From assembly GCA_031763465.1 (NCBI GenBank), contig JARFOE010000120.1:8795764-8835519 (forward strand): 39,756 nucleotides of DNA. Reading direction: 5' to 3'. Shown here piece after piece: positions 34,800-39,756 of this stretch. This stretch comes from Squatina squatina. Taxonomy: Eukaryota. The position numbers and the translations under genes were made by a program. The number at the start of each line of letters is the position of its first letter. Position 1 is the first letter of the stretch. Under the pieces are notes generated by a model, which did not search any database, was not told where the DNA came from, and was given only the letters and a program-made list of their open reading frames with translations.

Positions 34800-36559
34800 G
34801 GGTAGTCCTTTGGTATTTGGACAAACTATCTCTGCAAAGCCCACCACCACCACCAGGGAACTATGGATGGCCAATAAATGTGGCATTGGCCAGGTCCTGA
34901 GAATTAATACAACTATACTACTGATTATAATTGACTGGCACTACGAACAATCTATGAATCCATAGTTGTACTGCCCATCACTGGCACAATGAAATGTCTC
35001 ATCTGGCATGATTTGAAAATGGTCACCACATAACATCTTTCAGATACAATTCATTGCATAAATATCACTGACAAACAAGATTAAAAGCTGAAGTCGCAAC
35101 AGCGAAGGAAACATTCACTGATGAGCCCACTCACACAGATAGTCAGCAGCACGACCAAGCTTTACATAGTCACAGCCTATTCAATCACACAACATGGCCT
35201 GCACACCCCAGATACTCANNNNNNNNNNNNNNNNNNNNNNNNNNNNNNNNNNNNNNNNNNNNNNNNNNNNNNNNNNNNNNNNNNNNNNNNNNNNNNNNNN
35301 NNNNNNNNNNNNNNNNNNGTACAACTGGTCACCCAATGTAATAAAACCTTGTATTTACATATCACCTTTAACGTAATAAAAACGTGCCAAGTCACTTCAC
35401 AGGATCCTAATCAAACAACATCTGAAAATTAGACAGGAAATATCTATACATAGGTCCCCATATACAATTCCCTCCACGCCCTCCTATCAGGTCAAGCAGG
35501 TTTAACAGCCAGTTCCAACCAGGTATCTCCTCTGCTTTCGTCATGCCATTTGTATAATACGTTCTATATTTAAACATTCACTCCTCTGTGAAGCATGCAG
35601 AAACTTTGAACCATACTTTGCCCTGTTTGTATGCTAAGCCTCACCCGTGCTGTATTGCTGCAGGCCAAACTCCTCCTCGTTTCGCTGGTGGGTGACTCAG
35701 TCCGTTCGGCAGCCGAGAAAATGCCTGTCTTTACCTGTGTGCATATAATTCTTGAGTCAGACAGCCATCCAGATGAAGTTGTCACAAATAATTTGGACAG
35801 AGCTAGGGAGGCCCCAAACACCCTTACTATGTTACCCTTATTCTATTGCTAATATAAGCAGGGACACCTCATCCTATTGTCCTACAGACAGTTGCAAAGA
35901 CCCNNNNNNNNNNNNNNNNNNNNNNNNNNNNNNNNNNNNNNNNNNNNNNNNNNNNNNNNNNNNNNNNNNNNNNNNNNNNNNNNNNNNNNNNNNNNNNNNN
36001 NNNTCACTGTGCAGAGTTGGACTGCCAAGTCAGAGCTTTAAAAAAAAATATTGAATGTCAACTTCAAGCAACCTAGAAAAAATTGGCAACAAGGTGCACT
36101 GTGGCCAGCCTTTAGGGGCGGAGTCAGAGAGAGTGGGCAGAGCATAAACCCTGAAGAATAAATCGTATCTGGTGCTAGGGTTAGGGTGATTCCAAAACAA
36201 ATGCCTTCATGCACAGCCGTCAGTGTTTATTTCCTTTACAGTAAGGTACATTCGCACATCAACACCCATCTCACTGAGGGATACAGGATAATTCGGGACA
36301 AGCCGCCTCAAACTGCAGCTGAAGTACGGGATCTGACAGACAGACGTGGTCCCAACCCATTACTGTGGGGTCCTTCCCACTGGATTCCTGCATCAAGAAC
36401 TCAACCCAGCTCGACTCCCCAGCTCTTACTCTTGACTGCAATCTGCTGTTGCCAGCTCCAAGCAGCTCGGCCTCATTTGCTTTGCAAATCTCTGCACAAA
36501 GATGAACAGAGATGTTTAAGTGGGCTTGGGAGTGGGTGGGGTGGAGAGAAAATAACAAG

Positions 36560-37020
36560 GGCACTCCTCTTGGGAATCGCTCCGCCGAATGGATGGTGGG
36601 GACAGACAGGGGTCCGGAGCAGGGAAATTCGGGATGGAAATTTAAACTCTCCGATCGGGACGCAATAATAGGAAAATTAACCCGTCAGGTCCGTCGCAGC
36701 CCATTTCCCAGTTCAGAGCGCGTTGCCACCGAGTGCCTTTCACACGCGGAAAGAGGGCGCATCGGAAACCCATCGAAGCCCGCAGCCGGCTCGGTGCCAT
36801 GAAATAAAGGAATGTCTGGCACTCACCTCCTTCTCCTCTGGATCCCGTAAAGGGCAGCGAGCAGAAAGCGGCACCGGTGGCAGGTCGGGGAAATACGGCA
36901 GGTTCAGTGTCCCAGCGACGCCCATCGGCAGCCGGCGTACCGTGCAGAGAAAGGAAAGGCAGTGAATGGAAAGGTTCGTTCAGGAACACTGCAACACACC
37001 GATGGCAATCGTCAATCGTT
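36560..37020. promoter_or_regulatory. CpG-rich region, probably the 5' region of SEPT5
   Basis: CpG density is visibly raised relative to the flanks and surrounds the candidate microexon. Confidence 0.45.
36827..36837 (-). CDS. SEPTIN5: Probable 11-nt SEPT5 microexon (E-E-K-E)
   Basis: Minus strand ...ctttctgctcgctgccctttacgggatccag|AGGAGAAGGAG|gtgagt, in a CpG-rich region. It parallels the E-D-K-Q segment preceding DIDKQYVGF in human SEPT5. Confidence 0.55.
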
Positions 37021-38029
37021 TTATTGTTTGTGTGTGTGTTGTTGTAATAAATGGGGACNNNNNNNNNNNNNNNNNNNNNNNNNNNNNNNNNNNNNNNNNN
37101 NNNNNNNNNNNNNNNNNNNNNNNNNNNNNNNNNNNNNNNNNNNNNNNNNNNNNNNNNNATAAATCAATCTTTTAATCTATCTGGAAAGCAGCACCACTGA
37201 TCAAGTTAGCAGATTTCCATTTTCTTTTTAAATGATACAAGGTTATTTGATCTCCCCCTCCCCCCACCACCTCCACAATTGTACTGCAATTTAAGTCACT
37301 TATTTAAAACAAGTTCAGAAATCTTAAATGGAAATGTATTCATTCAAAGATTAATTCATAACATGGTGTAATCAGGCAGAATATTAAATCAGTTTACAGA
37401 TAGACATTTATTAAAAGCATCAGGGGCTGCTGGCAGCTGGTCCCTGCTGATGGCAGCGCGATTTACAAAGTCAGATAACAGTGATGATAAAAAGAGCTCG
37501 GTAATTTAAAAACATGGCAGTGTTTGAGCCATTACCCAAGCCTTCCCTGCTTTCCTTACAGTCTTTTGACCACTTAGTATTACTGGAATGTGCCCTTGTG
37601 CTTGACCCTGATCCCATTTGAATTTTGTTTTCGCAGCGATTTTCCTCACCATCTACTCCAGCAAGAAGTCAACCCCGCTTGGAGAGGTTTCACACATACC
37701 AGGTGCCCTCTGATACCAAGCCCAATTATATACTGCATCAGCCCTCCATTAAGCTTGGGCCAACATGCTATTTCTGTCGATTGCAAGCCAATTGCTTGGA
37801 GGCAGCTGTCTGAAATTTTGCAGACTTCATTTCAGTCTCCTGCTGTGGGAGAGCCAGTGAAAAACCCAGAGAATCGGTGCAAACAGCTAAACTGACAAGC
37901 TTCCCGGTCCTGCTGCTGGTCTTCCACTGGAGTTGCAGCTGGAAGAACTCCCGTGGAATTTGAAAGGCCAAGATCTTTCGATCTATGTGAGCAACAAAGT
38001 CAGGAGTAGTTTACAAGATCTTCTTTCTG

Positions 38030-38190
38030 AGATGTACATGGATAACACGTTTAGTGATGTGGTCACACCAGAGATAAAGAATGCACAGGCAGGAAGGGAA
38101 TGGGTTACCGCCAGGCACAGTAGAAGGCAGCAGGTAGTGCAGGAATCCCCTGTGGCCATTCCCCTTTCTAACAGATATACTGCTCTGGAT
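38030..38190 (+). mobile_element. CR1-type LINE ORF1 fragment
   Basis: WVTARHSRRQQVVQESPVAIPLSNRYTALD motif. It is followed by tagaaacatagaaaataggtgcagga, the reverse complement of a CR1 tail, running into the gap. Confidence 0.55.
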
Positions 38191-38743
38191 ATTAGAAACA
38201 TAGAAAATAGGTGCAGGANNNNNNNNNNNNNNNNNNNNNNNNNNNNNNNNNNNNNNNNNNNNNNNNNNNNNNNNNNNNNNNNNNNNNNNNNNNNNNNNNN
38301 NNNNNNNNNNNNNNNNNNNNNNNNNNNNNNNNNNNNNNNNNNNNNNNNNNNNNNNNNNNNNNNNNNNNNNNNNNNNNNNNNNNNNNNNNNNNNNNNNNNN
38401 NNNNNNNNNNNNNNNNNNNNNNNNNNNNNNNNNNNNNNNNNNNNNNNNNNNNNNNNNNNNNNNNNNNNNNNNNNNNNNNNNNNNNNNNNNNNNNNNNNNN
38501 NNNNNNNNNNNNNNNNNNNNNNNNNNNNNNNNNNNNNNNNNNNNNNNNNNNNNNNNNNNNNNNNNNNNNNNNNNNNNNNNNNNNNNNNNNNNNNNNNNNN
38601 NNNNNNNNNNNNNNNNNNNNNNNNNNNNNNNNNNNNNNNNNNNNNNNNNNNNNNNNNNNNNNNNNNNNNNNNNNNNNNNNNNNNNNNNNNNNNNNNNNNN
38701 NNNNNNNNNNNNNNNNNNNNNNNNNNNNNNNNNNNNNNNNNNN

Positions 38744-38990
38744 TGAGGAGAAACTTCTTCACCCAGAGAGTGGTGAACCTGTGGAATTCTCTACCACAGA
38801 AGGTAGTTGGGGCCAAATCATCACATATATTCAAGGAGGAGTTAGATATAGTTCTTATGGCTAAAGAGATCAAGGAATATGGGGAGAAAGCAGGAACAGG
38901 TTACTGAATTTGGAAGATCAGCCATGATGATATTGAATGACGGAGCAGGCTCGAAGGGCCGAATGGCCTACTCCTGTTCCTATTTTCTCT
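38744..38990 (+). mobile_element. CR1 LINE 3' end
   Basis: RRNFFTQRVVNLWNSLPQKVV...FKEELD, then gatcagccatgat...ggcctactcctgttcctattttct tail. Confidence 0.88.
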
Positions 38991-39756
38991 GACGTCTCAA
39001 CCATCGAGTTGCTGAATACACTGCCCATGGTGAAAGTGAACCATTCAAAACCAAGGCAAGCCAAGGTTTTATCATTGGTCTCAGCTCAGTGAGCCAATTT
39101 CAGCCAGGTCAATGATTTGTGGGGGGCAAACAATTGAGTCTCGGTGCTCCTGGGATGGACAAGGGGAAACAAATTGGCCTGTCCTGATCAATTACTCCTG
39201 CTGGAAGGAGCATATTATTAGCATGTTAGGTCTCATGGGAAGAATGGCCACTCAGATGAGGTAGCAAGGGAGAAAATTACAGGGACCAAAAAAAAGTTTT
39301 CAGTTCTCACTTGAATTTCAAAAATTCAATTGGTCTTGTTCCTTTTTCCCAAACAAAATTCACAACTAAGCAGTCTCAACTACATGGTCGTGTTCTTTGG
39401 AGAAAACCAGCTGATCTAATGCCATTGTGTCACCACCAGGAGGGTTACTGCATTGACATTGATGTGGACCAGCTACGACTCTGTAGATGTCATCGGTAAA
39501 AATAAAACTTCCCACAGAACTTTGGCTGATGAACAGAATAGTTACTCGGATATGACATGAAATTCTCTTGAAGGATTGAGAGCACAATCTGGCTTCAACT
39601 ACGCCATCCTTCTCAAAAAGCACTTCACAGAGAAGCAATGGCAATTCCCTTGGTAACAAAAGTATGTAATGTCATAAGACTGGATTTCTCCAAAAATCAC
39701 TTGCCAGAGGGCTTTATTAGTGAGTAAACTATTGGAACATCAGATGCGACAAAAAT

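Noticed and set aside
35645-35734. Possible 90-nt phase-0 minus-strand exon (VKTGIFSAAERTESPTSETRRSLACSNTAR) within SEPT5
   Set aside because: No recognisable septin similarity, no in-frame ATG, and the putative acceptor lacks a pyrimidine tract.

Overview
This is vertebrate genomic DNA, almost certainly from an elasmobranch (shark), in a gapped assembly with 14 N-runs, most of them 100-N placeholders. From left to right it contains: the 3' exons of paxillin (PXN, +); RPLP0 coding exons with the last two missing (+); a non-rearranging VJ-type Ig-superfamily V-domain gene resembling the CD28/CTLA4/TMIGD2/NKp30 group (-); two tandem, intact-looking germline-joined lambda-like (type II/NS3) Ig light-chain clusters (leader-VJ-C, +) whose octamer promoters share an identical 51-bp core; and the last exon plus a probable 11-nt microexon of SEPT5 (-). 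Repeats include Penelope-like fragments (one with a hammerhead-ribozyme motif), Deu/SacSINE1-like SINEs, CR1 LINE fragments, up to three decayed PIF/Harbinger transposases and a MITE. The most interesting signals are the orphan VJ-type gene head-to-head with the IgL clusters, the PXN/RPLP0-IgL-SEPT5 linkage (every link crosses a gap), and the CDR length differences between the two pre-joined V genes. All family assignments come from recalled motifs; no searches were run.
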